The notes under the pieces: generated by a model
What the model saw: only the letters and a program-made list of their open reading frames with translations
Databases searched by the model: none
What the model was told of the DNA's origin: nothing
In this document: positions 29,520 through 39,147 of the stretch, piece by piece
Layout of the letters: every line of letters begins with the position of its first letter
Position numbering within the stretch: the stretch's first letter is position 1
Origin: an uncultured Gammaproteobacteria bacterium
GTDB lineage: Bacteria; Patescibacteriota; Microgenomatia; CAZETR01; Amesbacteraceae
Direction of reading: 5' to 3'
Assembly (NCBI GenBank): GCA_964518565.1
Contig: CAZFGX010000001.1
Coordinates: 11,046 to 75,045 of the forward strand
Length of the DNA stretch: 64,000 nucleotides
Made by a program: the position numbers and the translations under genes

Positions 29520-30345
29520 CCACTAGATTTACGCATGAAGTCCGGTCTGTTTCTCTGTGTTCATTCTTCTTGTCCCAAAAATCGATCCAAAACCGACAAA
29601 TTCGAAACCAAATAGATGGCTGCTCGTTAGAAGAAGTTTTATGTTCAAAACGATTAAACTCCTTTAACCAGCCCAGTTCTACAATATTTTTCCCTATCCC
29701 ATACAACAAAAAATGTGCCATTGGCATACAAAAAGTCGTGCATTCCCATAATTGATGAATGTTAAATTTTGTTTGAAGAATTTTTTCCTCCAGTTCCGTT
29801 TTTGTGTAAAGTCGTACATGATCGGCCCAAATTCCAGCCAACCACCAAATATGTGCTGGTACATGTGTGCCAAAAAATCGCTCTAAAACCCAGTTTATTG
29901 GATCCCATAAAAAGGGATAAGTTGCACTTGGCACAGTTAGTATTGCTCGACCACCAGGTTTAAGTACCCGAAATATCTCATGCAACACCTGGACATCGTC
30001 AGGTACATGTTCTAGTAGTTCAGAACAAATTACTACATCCATTGATCCTTTGGTAAACGGCAGGTTCGTCGCATCACCTTCGGATATCTTTGCGTTTGTT
30101 TTGGCCAAAAGTCGAGATGCAATGGCAACGTATGAAGGATTCTTATCAATACCAAATACTGCAGTCTTTGGCGACAATTCCAAAATACTTTGTAAATAAA
30201 AACCTCTCCCACTTCCTACATCCAACACTTTAGTTGTCGGCGTCAACTGTAAAGATTCCAAGACTAGTCTTGCCCGCCGTCTGTAAGCGGGATCCAATTC
30301 GTAAAATAAAAGTTGATCAATTTTGGATGAGTGTTTCATATGCAT
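29491..30345 (-). CDS. Class I SAM-dependent methyltransferase
   Basis: VLDVGSGRGFY (motif I), VICSELLEHV, LKPGGRAIL; start uncertain (ORF reaches 30396). Confidence 0.75.
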   Translation of the reverse strand: MHMKHSSKIDQLLFYELDPAYRRRARLVLESLQLTPTTKVLDVGSGRGFYLQSILELSPKTAVFGIDKNPSYVAIASRLLAKTNAKISEGDATNLPFTKGSMDVVICSELLEHVPDDVQVLHEIFRVLKPGGRAILTVPSATYPFLWDPINWVLERFFGTHVPAHIWWLAGIWADHVRLYTKTELEEKILQTKFNIHQLWECTTFCMPMAHFLLYGIGKNIVELGWLKEFNRFEHKTSSNEQPSIWFRICRFWIDFWDKKNEHRETDRTSCVNLVVIVQKPVEK

Positions 30346-31459
30346 GAATTGATGCATTAAAATCGAATAGTCGTTGAACAGCTTGTGGTGATACATGATA
30401 TTTTTTTGGTTGAGTTAACATATCCACAATTGCTTCAGCTAACGCATTTGGATGTTCTGTCGGTACTACGATCCCCATACCCGTTTGTAGTACTGGCCAA
30501 CGAGCTCCGGGAATATTAGTAACTACTATTGGCACACCAGCCAACATTGCCTCCATTTGTGTAGTAGGAAAACAGTCACTTCGTGAAGAGATGACAAATG
30601 CGTCCAAAACAGAATAAAAGCCCGCCATTTCGTCTCGATCCAATCTTCCTAAAAAAACTAACCATGGTGACAATGTTTCTCGTGTCTGTTTTTGTCGTTC
30701 AAAAAATGTTTCATAAACCATATGTGTCTCACCTGCAAAAACAAATTGAACATTTGGAATTTTGGCTACCACATAGGGGATAGCAGCAAATAAAATATCA
30801 AACCCTTTCTCTTCAACAAACCTTCCAGCAAACCCTACGATATATTTGCTTTTCCCAATTTGTTTTTTAATCCGAACAACTGCCGCTGGTGATGGTAGGG
30901 ATAGTTGAATGGGGGTCAAAATTACACGCCATTTTTTCGCGTATGGCGCCAGAAGCCGTGACTGCTTAGCATAATCTTCAGTGTGAACGACAATATTTTT
31001 TGCGACTCTACATGCAATATCAGTCGTAAAGTAATATATCCATTCCAAAATCGGTTTGATCGCTCCATTCGGCAGTACTAAATCTCCATTGTGAACCAGA
31101 TACAATTTTTTACCCAAAACCGCAACCAAGAGTGAAACATATAAAATTTCTGCCAGCGGCAAAAACACGACAATCCGATCGTTTGATTGTATCTCTCGTA
31201 TCAACCTCCAAAGAAATGCAACAGAAACCATCGATCTAGAGACTCTAAACAATGTTGCACATCGAATCACTCGGACACCGTTAACTATTTCTTCTGGTAA
31301 TAAATTCTTTTCATGGGCGGTTGTTAAAACAGTTACATCATGGCCGTTTTTTGTATACGCTTCGGCAATAGTTTTGGCATATTGACTCAAGCCAGTCCAG
31401 TAGGGATGGTAATAAGTTAGAACTAGTAAGACCTTCATCCTTTTTGTGCTACGATCCAT
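30317..31459 (-). CDS. GT4-family (GT-B fold) glycosyltransferase
   Basis: EEKGFDILFAAIP…, FVISSRSDCFPTTQMEAMLAGVPIVVT (E-x7-E region). Confidence 0.8.
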   Translation of the reverse strand: MDRSTKRMKVLLVLTYYHPYWTGLSQYAKTIAEAYTKNGHDVTVLTTAHEKNLLPEEIVNGVRVIRCATLFRVSRSMVSVAFLWRLIREIQSNDRIVVFLPLAEILYVSLLVAVLGKKLYLVHNGDLVLPNGAIKPILEWIYYFTTDIACRVAKNIVVHTEDYAKQSRLLAPYAKKWRVILTPIQLSLPSPAAVVRIKKQIGKSKYIVGFAGRFVEEKGFDILFAAIPYVVAKIPNVQFVFAGETHMVYETFFERQKQTRETLSPWLVFLGRLDRDEMAGFYSVLDAFVISSRSDCFPTTQMEAMLAGVPIVVTNIPGARWPVLQTGMGIVVPTEHPNALAEAIVDMLTQPKKYHVSPQAVQRLFDFNASIHAYETLIQN

Positions 31460-32019
31460 TTCAAAGCTTCTTCTAAATAACCAAATCCTGGCCGATGTTT
31501 TTGTAAAAACGTGTCAATGAAGTTATAGATCCAGCAAACAGTTGTGTTCTTGATTCTAGTAGATGAGTCTAAATATGACACAATATCTAGATTATCCTCT
31601 ACAAAAAAATCGAATTTCTTTTCAGCTATTATTCGTTCTTTAAACAGATGTGGTTGTTCATTTTTTGCATTAATTGTCACGGTTTTAAAAATTCCATTCA
31701 GTTGATATCGTTCTAGCCAGTCTTGTAAATTCTGGTTCAAAAAATCAAATCGCGCTGTCACGAGATGAAACTCAAATTGTCCTGAATCAGCCAGTGTTCG
31801 CAATAAACCAATTCCGCGTGCTGGAAAAATGCTTGATTCGTGAACCAAAACCCACATCCAACGTTGCCATGGTTGTTTTGGAACAAAAAATTTCAATTTT
31901 TTCACTCCAAATATTCGGCGTTTAATAAAGGTCATAGGGGCCCGAATAATTCGTGCTGGGTTATAGGCTACCACTCCATCAAAATCCAACCCTACACATA
32001 CAATTTTCCGTTTAACCAT
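31435..32019 (-). CDS. HAD-superfamily hydrolase-like protein
   Basis: VGLDFDGVV (motif I DxDG), LVTAR (motif II), FVEDNLD (motif IV); start chosen at MVKRK. Confidence 0.5.
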   Translation of the reverse strand: MVKRKIVCVGLDFDGVVAYNPARIIRAPMTFIKRRIFGVKKLKFFVPKQPWQRWMWVLVHESSIFPARGIGLLRTLADSGQFEFHLVTARFDFLNQNLQDWLERYQLNGIFKTVTINAKNEQPHLFKERIIAEKKFDFFVEDNLDIVSYLDSSTRIKNTTVCWIYNFIDTFLQKHRPGFGYLEEALKWIVAQKG

Positions 32020-32033
32020 TTGTTGATTGTAAC

Positions 32034-33452
32034 TTAGACGACTCGCTTGTACCACCACAGACCAGATATCACAAAGATAGCCCCTAATCCTATAAGCATA
32101 AATGTTGGCAAATCATAACCTGATCGAGGTAATGCTGAGTCAGTTGCTGGCACAGTACGTGGGACTGTTGTAGGTTTGGGCGTAGTCGAGACTGTTGGGG
32201 TGACTTTGGCAGTCGGTGAAGCTTGAGGAGTAATAGATGCTCGGGGAGTAGTAGATACTCGCGGTGTGGGCGAAGGAGTCACTAGCATTTGGGTAGGACT
32301 AGGCGAAAGAGTTGCAGATGGAGTAGCCGAGTAGTAGGGGACATTGCTTTCTCCTGCTGCATATACGGTAAAGGATCTGGTTATAGTTTTCATTGCCCCA
32401 TCAATCAAGGCAGTAATGGTTACTGTATGTTCTCCAGGGCTTAAGTCTTGGGGTACATTGAATGAAAAATTTCCACTCGAGTTAGCCACAACAGTTCCAC
32501 TAACTAGTTCTGTCGAGTGCACCTCAATCTTCACTTCAGTCCCTGCTGGCGCATTCCCAATTATTTGTGGACGATTAGAATTGATATTCTCTCCAAATTT
32601 TGGCGCGAGTAAAATCAGTTGTCCAGCCTCACTAACCTCCGGTTCTTGGGCAGAACTCGACAATTTAGAAATTCCGGAAGCGCTAGCTGTCGATGGAGTT
32701 GTAGATTCTCCAGAAGTAGATATTTGCTGGCCAAGAGTAATTTGTGGTACTGGACTATGTGCCGAAAGTGGTAAGCTCAAGGTCATAGTATCTTGCCCTA
32801 CAGGCCGAATAACCATGGTCATGAATCCACTAGTCGAGTTATAGCTACCAAAAGATCCTAGATCCATAGATCTTCCAGTTGAAAGTGGCACTACCCAAGA
32901 TCCAGAAGATTTAACCATGCCCACGAGCTCACTCATTCCTGGAATCGTAATGTATACCAAAGCACCATCGGCAGGTTCACCGGCTTGTGTCACAATCTGT
33001 CCATAAGCTACGTCAGCTGCCGGAGTTGGTGACAGGGTGGGTCCTGTGGCGATCTCATACAATTGCCCATTTTTGTCATAAACATTTCTGCCAGATCCAA
33101 CGCGAAAATGATATTTTGTCTCAGGCTTTAGGCCTCGTACCACCACATAATGAGTCATATAATTACCAATTGCTCCTTTTTGTTGGTCTCGCTCATCAGA
33201 TACGACCAAATCCGGTTCTCCAGTCATTTCGCCATATTGAATAAACCCCGACACTTGATTAGTGGTCGTCCAACTGACTACAAAACTTGTATCAAAAATA
33301 TTACTAATTTTAATATTTTGTGGTTCATCTCCAGCAGAAGCCAAAATACGTTGCCTAAGCTGTCCTGATATGAGCCATAATCCCGAAACTAGACCTACGA
33401 CTGCAACAAATAATCCCAACAATGTTGGTATGCGTATCTCTCTATGTTTCAT
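32034..33452 (-). CDS. Surface protein with fibronectin-III/Ig-like domains, Pro/Thr/Ser-rich stalk and C-terminal sortase-type sorting signal
   Basis: N-terminal signal anchor; FN3-like …LKPETKYHFRVGSG…; C-terminus …TDSALPRSG + hydrophobic stretch YDLPTFMLIGLGAIFVISGLWW + basic tail YKRVV. Confidence 0.6.
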   Translation of the reverse strand: MKHREIRIPTLLGLFVAVVGLVSGLWLISGQLRQRILASAGDEPQNIKISNIFDTSFVVSWTTTNQVSGFIQYGEMTGEPDLVVSDERDQQKGAIGNYMTHYVVVRGLKPETKYHFRVGSGRNVYDKNGQLYEIATGPTLSPTPAADVAYGQIVTQAGEPADGALVYITIPGMSELVGMVKSSGSWVVPLSTGRSMDLGSFGSYNSTSGFMTMVIRPVGQDTMTLSLPLSAHSPVPQITLGQQISTSGESTTPSTASASGISKLSSSAQEPEVSEAGQLILLAPKFGENINSNRPQIIGNAPAGTEVKIEVHSTELVSGTVVANSSGNFSFNVPQDLSPGEHTVTITALIDGAMKTITRSFTVYAAGESNVPYYSATPSATLSPSPTQMLVTPSPTPRVSTTPRASITPQASPTAKVTPTVSTTPKPTTVPRTVPATDSALPRSGYDLPTFMLIGLGAIFVISGLWWYKRVV

Positions 33453-33649
33453 GGCTCTCTTTGTTCTAAAGTTGTTAATATGGCGGTGTTTAATTGTGGA
33501 GTAAGTGGCTCCAAAAGTGCATCCACTCCTTCAACAGGGGCAGGCTTTGTGTATGCACGATAAATTTCAAATCCTGCCCAAATAGAAACCGTCAACAATC
33601 CCGAGGTTAATAAAAAAATCATATCCCTAATAACGTAATTTTTTTTCAT
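33449..33649 (-). CDS. Small membrane protein, unknown (possibly pilus-assembly associated)
   Basis: 66 aa, one TM helix, translationally coupled between pilO-like gene and surface protein gene. Confidence 0.3.
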   Translation of the reverse strand: MKKNYVIRDMIFLLTSGLLTVSIWAGFEIYRAYTKPAPVEGVDALLEPLTPQLNTAILTTLEQREP

Positions 33650-34305
33650 GGTTGTAACAAGTGATTGGCATACCCAACCATTCCAGTAAACGTCCCCATC
33701 AGTGTACCATCTTTATCTTTGCTGATGTCAACTTGACTGTACATCGCAATACGTCTCAAATTTTCCACTTTGGCACCAAAATCCCGTAGTTGTTCAAAGC
33801 TGCCTGTTGCTCGAATCGTAAACGGGATGCCCACCACTCCAGTTGGAAGAAGAGATTTAGTTGTCGCCACTTGATTCGGTGCATTCAGCGGTTTTGGTGG
33901 CGCCTCTCCACTTACTTGAATGCCATTTACGCTCACACTTTGAATAGCTACCCCACTCGTCTCAGCCCTCAGTTGCACGCTTTGGATCCACGGAATCCAA
34001 ACTGCATCTTTTGGCAACGCCTCATCGATGAGTCCAATTTTATCTTGCTGAGCTTGCAATACATTACTAGCTTCTTGAACAGCCACGATTTTATCTGACA
34101 ATTTTTTATACAAGTCTTGCTGTTCATGGATCTGCCCCAACAATCCTGCAATAGTCACTAGTGTTGGCCGCAATGCAAAAACAATCAGAGTAATAATAAG
34201 TGTCAATGAAAAAATCGTAAACATGCCAGCCTGCCAAACTAGAGAACGTTGATTCATCTGCAAAAACTGTCGATATCTTACTAAGCTATTTTTATATGTG
34301 AGTGC
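33646..34305 (-). CDS. pilO: Type IV pilus assembly protein PilO-like
   Basis: Single TM then coiled coil and periplasmic domain, immediately downstream of a PilN-like gene; ORF could extend to 34344. Confidence 0.5.
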   Translation of the reverse strand, partial: ALTYKNSLVRYRQFLQMNQRSLVWQAGMFTIFSLTLIITLIVFALRPTLVTIAGLLGQIHEQQDLYKKLSDKIVAVQEASNVLQAQQDKIGLIDEALPKDAVWIPWIQSVQLRAETSGVAIQSVSVNGIQVSGEAPPKPLNAPNQVATTKSLLPTGVVGIPFTIRATGSFEQLRDFGAKVENLRRIAMYSQVDISKDKDGTLMGTFTGMVGYANHLLQP

Positions 34306-34309
34306 CATA

Positions 34310-34843
34310 TTATTTAGGAATGACCAAAGAAAATGAAATAACACTTCCGTTTTCTGTGGACAGATTGGTCAAATTCAATTCTTTCCAATTTGGATTCTTG
34401 CCCATTGCCAAAAGCATTTGTCCTAGTGCTGTTTCCGAATTTGTAGTGCCAGCTAATGAAATGTCTGAAGTCCTTATAAACAGTGACTCAAGTTTTACTT
34501 CTTGAGGTAGGGTGGCAAGTAATCCATCTAGCTGTTCAGACAGCTTCATTTGGCTGTTCAACATCGTCTGAGCTACATCCAGCTTCTTTTGTATTTCTCG
34601 AAACCCCTTTTCTTGCTCTGACTGACTAGCAATAATTCGCTTTTCACCTTCAATAGAAGCAGATAAATCAGATAATTCCTGATCCAATTTAAATCTGGAC
34701 AAAAAGGCAATAATGACGATTGCTTCAACTAAAATAATAATATAGCGACCAGAAGTAATTGCCCAGTGTAAAAACCTACCTACAAACGAAACCTCAAATT
34801 CCGACTGGGGCAACAAATTAATACCATGAGAACGGGCAGACAT
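34310..34843 (-). CDS. pilN: Type IV pilus assembly protein PilN-like
   Basis: N-terminal GINLLPQ motif, TM helix, coiled-coil periplasmic region. Confidence 0.6.
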   Translation of the reverse strand: MSARSHGINLLPQSEFEVSFVGRFLHWAITSGRYIIILVEAIVIIAFLSRFKLDQELSDLSASIEGEKRIIASQSEQEKGFREIQKKLDVAQTMLNSQMKLSEQLDGLLATLPQEVKLESLFIRTSDISLAGTTNSETALGQMLLAMGKNPNWKELNLTNLSTENGSVISFSLVIPK

Positions 34844-34868
34844 AGATGAATTAAAGTATAGCAGGGAG

Positions 34869-35111
34869 CTACTTTTTCTTCATCAGAAGTTTGGTCAAGC
34901 GCGATTTGAGCCGAGCTGCCTTATTTGGATGCATGACCCCTTTTTTGGCCGAACGATCTAAGGCTGAAAAAGCCGTAGCCAAAGAGTCTTTTGATGGTTT
35001 TTTTCGGGCTAAAGACAACGATTTTGAGGCTGTTCTCCGTGTTTTGGAGTTTGAAGCAGCCTTTCGCTTGTCAGCTCGTTGTTTTCGAATAGCCCCTACC
35101 GTAAGTGGCAT
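34869..35111 (-). CDS. rpsT: 30S ribosomal protein S20
   Basis: Basic helical protein; C-terminal …VMHPNKAARLKSRLTKLL matches the S20 tail (IHKNKAARHKS…); start chosen at MPLTVGAIRK. Confidence 0.7.
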   Translation of the reverse strand: MPLTVGAIRKQRADKRKAASNSKTRRTASKSLSLARKKPSKDSLATAFSALDRSAKKGVMHPNKAARLKSRLTKLLMKKK

Positions 35112-35166
35112 AAACATACGTATAATATCACACGTGCGGCAACTTCTCAAAAACGGCTCATCATTA

Positions 35167-36816
35167 TTGTTCCGTCCTCAGACAAGTATTTTGTCTGCGG
35201 CATTTATCATTATGGTCACATATGGCCTGTCTCATCTGATGGGGCTCCTAAAAACACGTCTACTGATTTCGTACTTTTTTGGTGCCAATGCCTATGTTCT
35301 CGATGTGTATTACGCTGCCTTTGTCGTACCTGACACTCTTTTTCAGCTTTTAGTGCTCGGTTCGATATCAGCCGCATTTATTCCAGTTTTCACTCGTTAC
35401 TTAGAAAAAAAACAAGACAAACAGGCTTGGCACATCGCCCGAGCCTCACTCACTCTGACTCTAGTAGTTTTTCTGTGTCTGTGTCTATTGTTGTTTATAT
35501 TCGCCTGGCCAATCTCCAAAATCCTGGCCCCTGGGTTTACGCCAGTACAAATGGCCTCACTAGTCCAAATTACTCGTTTACTCACAGTTGCTCAAATATT
35601 TTTTTGTATCTCTGGGTTTCTCAGTGCCATCATTCAGTCGCACAACCGGTTTCTTGCTCCAGCGTTAGCGCCAATTATTTATAATATTGGCATTATTGCT
35701 GGGATAATATTTCTCTCTCCGACCATGGGTATCATGGGTCCTGCAATAGGTGCAGTTTTAGGTGCTTTATTACACATGGCTGTACAGATGCCTGTCGCGA
35801 TCAAATTGGGGTTCAAGCCGCTACCACTGTTTGACCGCCAACATCCTGGAGTAAAAGAAATTCTTCGCCTCATTCCACCTCGCTCATTAGCTTTAGGTGT
35901 AGATCAAATTGAACAGCTGGTAGCTGTAGGCTTGGCCTCTACCTTATTTCCCGGTTCGCTTTCGATTCTAAATGTCGCTCGAATGCTCTATACCATTCCT
36001 TCATCTTTGTTTGGTGTCACCATTGGTCAAGCCGCTTTACCCACGCTTGCTCGTCAATCAAATGCAAACGACAAAATTGGCTTTATCCATACATTGATTG
36101 GTGCCCTACGTCAAATTATCTTTTTAGCCCTTCCTCTTAGTGTTTTGTTTATTGTTCTGCGTATTCCTATTGTCCGTATAGTCTTTGGTGCCAAATCCTT
36201 TCCTTGGTCAGCAACATTGCTCACTGGTAAAACTGCCGCAATTCTCATTTTATCTTCCGCCAGCGTTGCCGTATCTCAACTAATCGCGCGTGGATTTTAT
36301 GCCCTCCACGACACTTCTACTCCTCTGAGTGTCGGACTTGTTGCTGCAATCATAAATTCAGCCATGTCATTCATATTCGTCAAAATATTTGGTTGGGGAG
36401 TTATTGGATTGGCCGTTAGTATCTCCCTCACCAGTTTAATAGAAACATTCATCTTATTTTTATTTCTTTCCAAGAAAGTTTCCCGTCAGACTTCACACAA
36501 CCTCTCCTTGGACCGTGAGCTGACCATCCCGATTGCCAAAATGTTAATCGTCTCAATTGTCACCGGACTCAGTCTGTGGTTGCCGATGCGCTTACTTGAT
36601 CAATTTGTCTTCGATACGACCCGAACTGTTCCATTAGTTATTCTGACTAGTATCACTTCAATCATTGGCATTGTGGTCTACGGTATTTTTTCCTATCTAT
36701 TTCATGTCAGTGAACTAAACGTTGTTTTTACGCTTATATCTAAACTTGGAAATATTCGAAATCTCATAAAATCAAATCCGGCACCAGTTCTTGTTACTTC
36801 CCCCGACGAAAGTTAA
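35167..36816 (+). CDS. murJ: Lipid II flippase MurJ (MviN)
   Basis: …SILSAAFIIMVTYGLSHLMGLLKTRLL…GANAYVLDVYYAAFVVPDTLFQLL…ISAAFIPVF typical MurJ N-terminus, 14 TM; TTG start at 35167 proposed (ATG at 35212 would truncate the conserved N-terminus). Confidence 0.8.
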   Translation: MFRPQTSILSAAFIIMVTYGLSHLMGLLKTRLLISYFFGANAYVLDVYYAAFVVPDTLFQLLVLGSISAAFIPVFTRYLEKKQDKQAWHIARASLTLTLVVFLCLCLLLFIFAWPISKILAPGFTPVQMASLVQITRLLTVAQIFFCISGFLSAIIQSHNRFLAPALAPIIYNIGIIAGIIFLSPTMGIMGPAIGAVLGALLHMAVQMPVAIKLGFKPLPLFDRQHPGVKEILRLIPPRSLALGVDQIEQLVAVGLASTLFPGSLSILNVARMLYTIPSSLFGVTIGQAALPTLARQSNANDKIGFIHTLIGALRQIIFLALPLSVLFIVLRIPIVRIVFGAKSFPWSATLLTGKTAAILILSSASVAVSQLIARGFYALHDTSTPLSVGLVAAIINSAMSFIFVKIFGWGVIGLAVSISLTSLIETFILFLFLSKKVSRQTSHNLSLDRELTIPIAKMLIVSIVTGLSLWLPMRLLDQFVFDTTRTVPLVILTSITSIIGIVVYGIFSYLFHVSELNVVFTLISKLGNIRNLIKSNPAPVLVTSPDES

Positions 36817-37361
36817 TGAAAAAGAAATTCATTATCATCTTCGTAGTCATTCTGTTGATTACTATCCTAACCAAAACCTGGATGACCACAATAAAAATCG
36901 ACGGTGAAGCGATGGCTCCTGCTCTAAAAAGTGACCAACGTTGGCTAGTAAATAAACGTGCCTACATCCTTGTTACGCCGAAATCGGAGGATATGATTCT
37001 GTTTTACAACTCCCAGTTTCAATTTCAGTCTATCGGTCGAATTATTGGTGTTCCAAATGATCGAATCCAAATTGAAAATGGCCAAGTAATAAAAAATGGC
37101 CAATCCTTATCCGAGCCATATCTAACAACCGATACTCGTACCGAGTTTACCAAAGCTATTGCCGCTACTCCTCTAGATAACGACAGACTACGCTTAGATG
37201 TCTTAGATACCAACTATTATCCCCTTGGACAAACAGTTGCTCTGGGGCCAGACGAGTATTTTGTTATGGGTGACAATCGCGAAAAAAGTGTCGATTCTAG
37301 ATCGTTTGGTCCTATAAAATCTTCCGATATCGTCGGTAAGCTAGTTTTTTTGCTAAAATAG
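36816..37361 (+). CDS. lepB: Signal peptidase I
   Basis: N-terminal TM, GEAMAPAL (S-M-x-P box region), VMGDNREKSVDSRSFGPI (GDNR…S.DSR box). Confidence 0.85.
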   Translation: MKKKFIIIFVVILLITILTKTWMTTIKIDGEAMAPALKSDQRWLVNKRAYILVTPKSEDMILFYNSQFQFQSIGRIIGVPNDRIQIENGQVIKNGQSLSEPYLTTDTRTEFTKAIAATPLDNDRLRLDVLDTNYYPLGQTVALGPDEYFVMGDNREKSVDSRSFGPIKSSDIVGKLVFLLK

Positions 37362-37365
37362 CAAA

Positions 37366-39147
37366 GTGGAAAATATCCGAAACTTCGCCATTATTGCTCA
37401 CGTCGACCACGGCAAGTCAACATTAGCTGATCGATTATTAGAGCTCACCAACACAGTTGAAAAACGGGAAATGCAAGCTCAGCTACTCGATAGTAATCCT
37501 ATCGAACGCGAGCGGGGGATTACCATCAAACTGGCTCCTGTGCGCATGCAATACAAGTCATACACCCTAAATCTCATCGATACCCCCGGCCATGTCGATT
37601 TTAGCTATGAAGTAAACCGTAGTTTAGCTGCCTGCGAAGGCGCCATTCTTTTAGTCGACGCCACCCAGGGTGTCCAGGCTCAAACATTAGCTCATTTTAA
37701 TCAAGCCAAAAAGCTTCATCTCCCCATTATCCCTGTAATCAACAAAATTGACATTGCCACAGCGGATATCGAATTAGCCAAACAGCAAATGCACGACATT
37801 CTCAATCTCGACCCAGACTCAATCTTACTCATATCTGGCAAGACTGGGGTGGGCGTACCCGAGCTTTTAGATGCCATTATTCAGCGTATTCCTGCTCCAA
37901 AAAGTTCCTCACCAAGCGGCCCAACCCGCGCCCTAGTCTTCAATTCAAACTTTGATGCCCATGTCGGTGTTATTGCCTGGGTCAGACTTATAGACGGCCA
38001 AATTGCCGCTCACGACCCTATTCGACTTCTTGGTACCTCAGCCACTACCACTTGTATCGAAGTCGGTGTCTTCAATCCCAGTCGTCAAACAATTTCGCAG
38101 TTGCATGCAGGTGAAGTTGGTTACATCGTCACAGGTTTACGAGATATATCTCAGCTTACGGTTGGCGACACTGTCACTACCACGATTGACCACAACCAAA
38201 TAGTCACCCCATTACCGGGATATCAACCCATCAAATCTGTCGTCTTTGTCAGCTTCTATCCGACCGAAGGCGAAGAAATTCACAGTTTTCGTGACGCATT
38301 AGAAAAACTCAAATTAGAAGACAGTGCTCTAAATTTTACGCCCGAATTCTCTCCCGCCCTCGGCAATGGATTCCGTGTTGGTTTGCTAGGTCTTCTTCAC
38401 GCTGACGTAGTTCAAGAACGGCTCGAAAGAGAATTCAATTTATCTCTCATTGCTGCGGCTCCATCAGTTGAGTATCAAGTTACCAAAGCAAACGGCGAAA
38501 CCATCTCTATTTCCAAGGCCGTAGATCTACCAGATGTGTCAGAAATTCGTGAAATTCAAGAGCCAATCATTGCTTCCACTATCTTTGTCCCAGAAACATA
38601 TGTTGGGGGAGTGATGCAATTGTGTCAAAACCATCGCGCTACTCTGATCGACATGACCTATGCTGGCAAGCTTGTCAGTCTCCAATATTATCTGCCTTTA
38701 GCCGAATTAATAAAACAATTTTATGACGAACTAAAAAGTGTTTCTCAAGGCTTTGCCACACTCGATTATGAATTGGTAGGTTTCCAGGCTGCAGACTTGG
38801 TCAAACTTGATCTGCTCATTGCTGGTGAAAGAGTAGACGCCTTATCTCAGATAGTCCCCCGTGCCCAGGCCACCTACATGGCCAAAGCCTTGGTCGAAAA
38901 ACTCAAAGATATTGTCCCTCGCCAAAACTTCGAAGTCGCCATCCAAGCTGCCATAGGCGGCAAAGTATTGGCTCGCAGTGATGTCAAAGCGTTTCGTAAA
39001 GACGTCTTGGCCAAAATGTCTGGCGGCGACCAAACCCGCAAAGATAAACTGCTGAAAAAACAAAAAAAGGGCAAGGCTCGCATGAAACGTGTCGGCAAAA
39101 TTGATCTCCCCCAAGAAGCCTTCCTGTCGATTTTAAAGGTCAATTAG
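37366..39147 (+). CDS. lepA: Elongation factor 4 (LepA)
   Basis: IRNFAIIAHVDHGKSTLADRLL…, DTPGHVDF, NKID GTPase motifs and LepA C-terminal domain. Confidence 0.95.
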   Translation: MENIRNFAIIAHVDHGKSTLADRLLELTNTVEKREMQAQLLDSNPIERERGITIKLAPVRMQYKSYTLNLIDTPGHVDFSYEVNRSLAACEGAILLVDATQGVQAQTLAHFNQAKKLHLPIIPVINKIDIATADIELAKQQMHDILNLDPDSILLISGKTGVGVPELLDAIIQRIPAPKSSSPSGPTRALVFNSNFDAHVGVIAWVRLIDGQIAAHDPIRLLGTSATTTCIEVGVFNPSRQTISQLHAGEVGYIVTGLRDISQLTVGDTVTTTIDHNQIVTPLPGYQPIKSVVFVSFYPTEGEEIHSFRDALEKLKLEDSALNFTPEFSPALGNGFRVGLLGLLHADVVQERLEREFNLSLIAAAPSVEYQVTKANGETISISKAVDLPDVSEIREIQEPIIASTIFVPETYVGGVMQLCQNHRATLIDMTYAGKLVSLQYYLPLAELIKQFYDELKSVSQGFATLDYELVGFQAADLVKLDLLIAGERVDALSQIVPRAQATYMAKALVEKLKDIVPRQNFEVAIQAAIGGKVLARSDVKAFRKDVLAKMSGGDQTRKDKLLKKQKKGKARMKRVGKIDLPQEAFLSILKVN

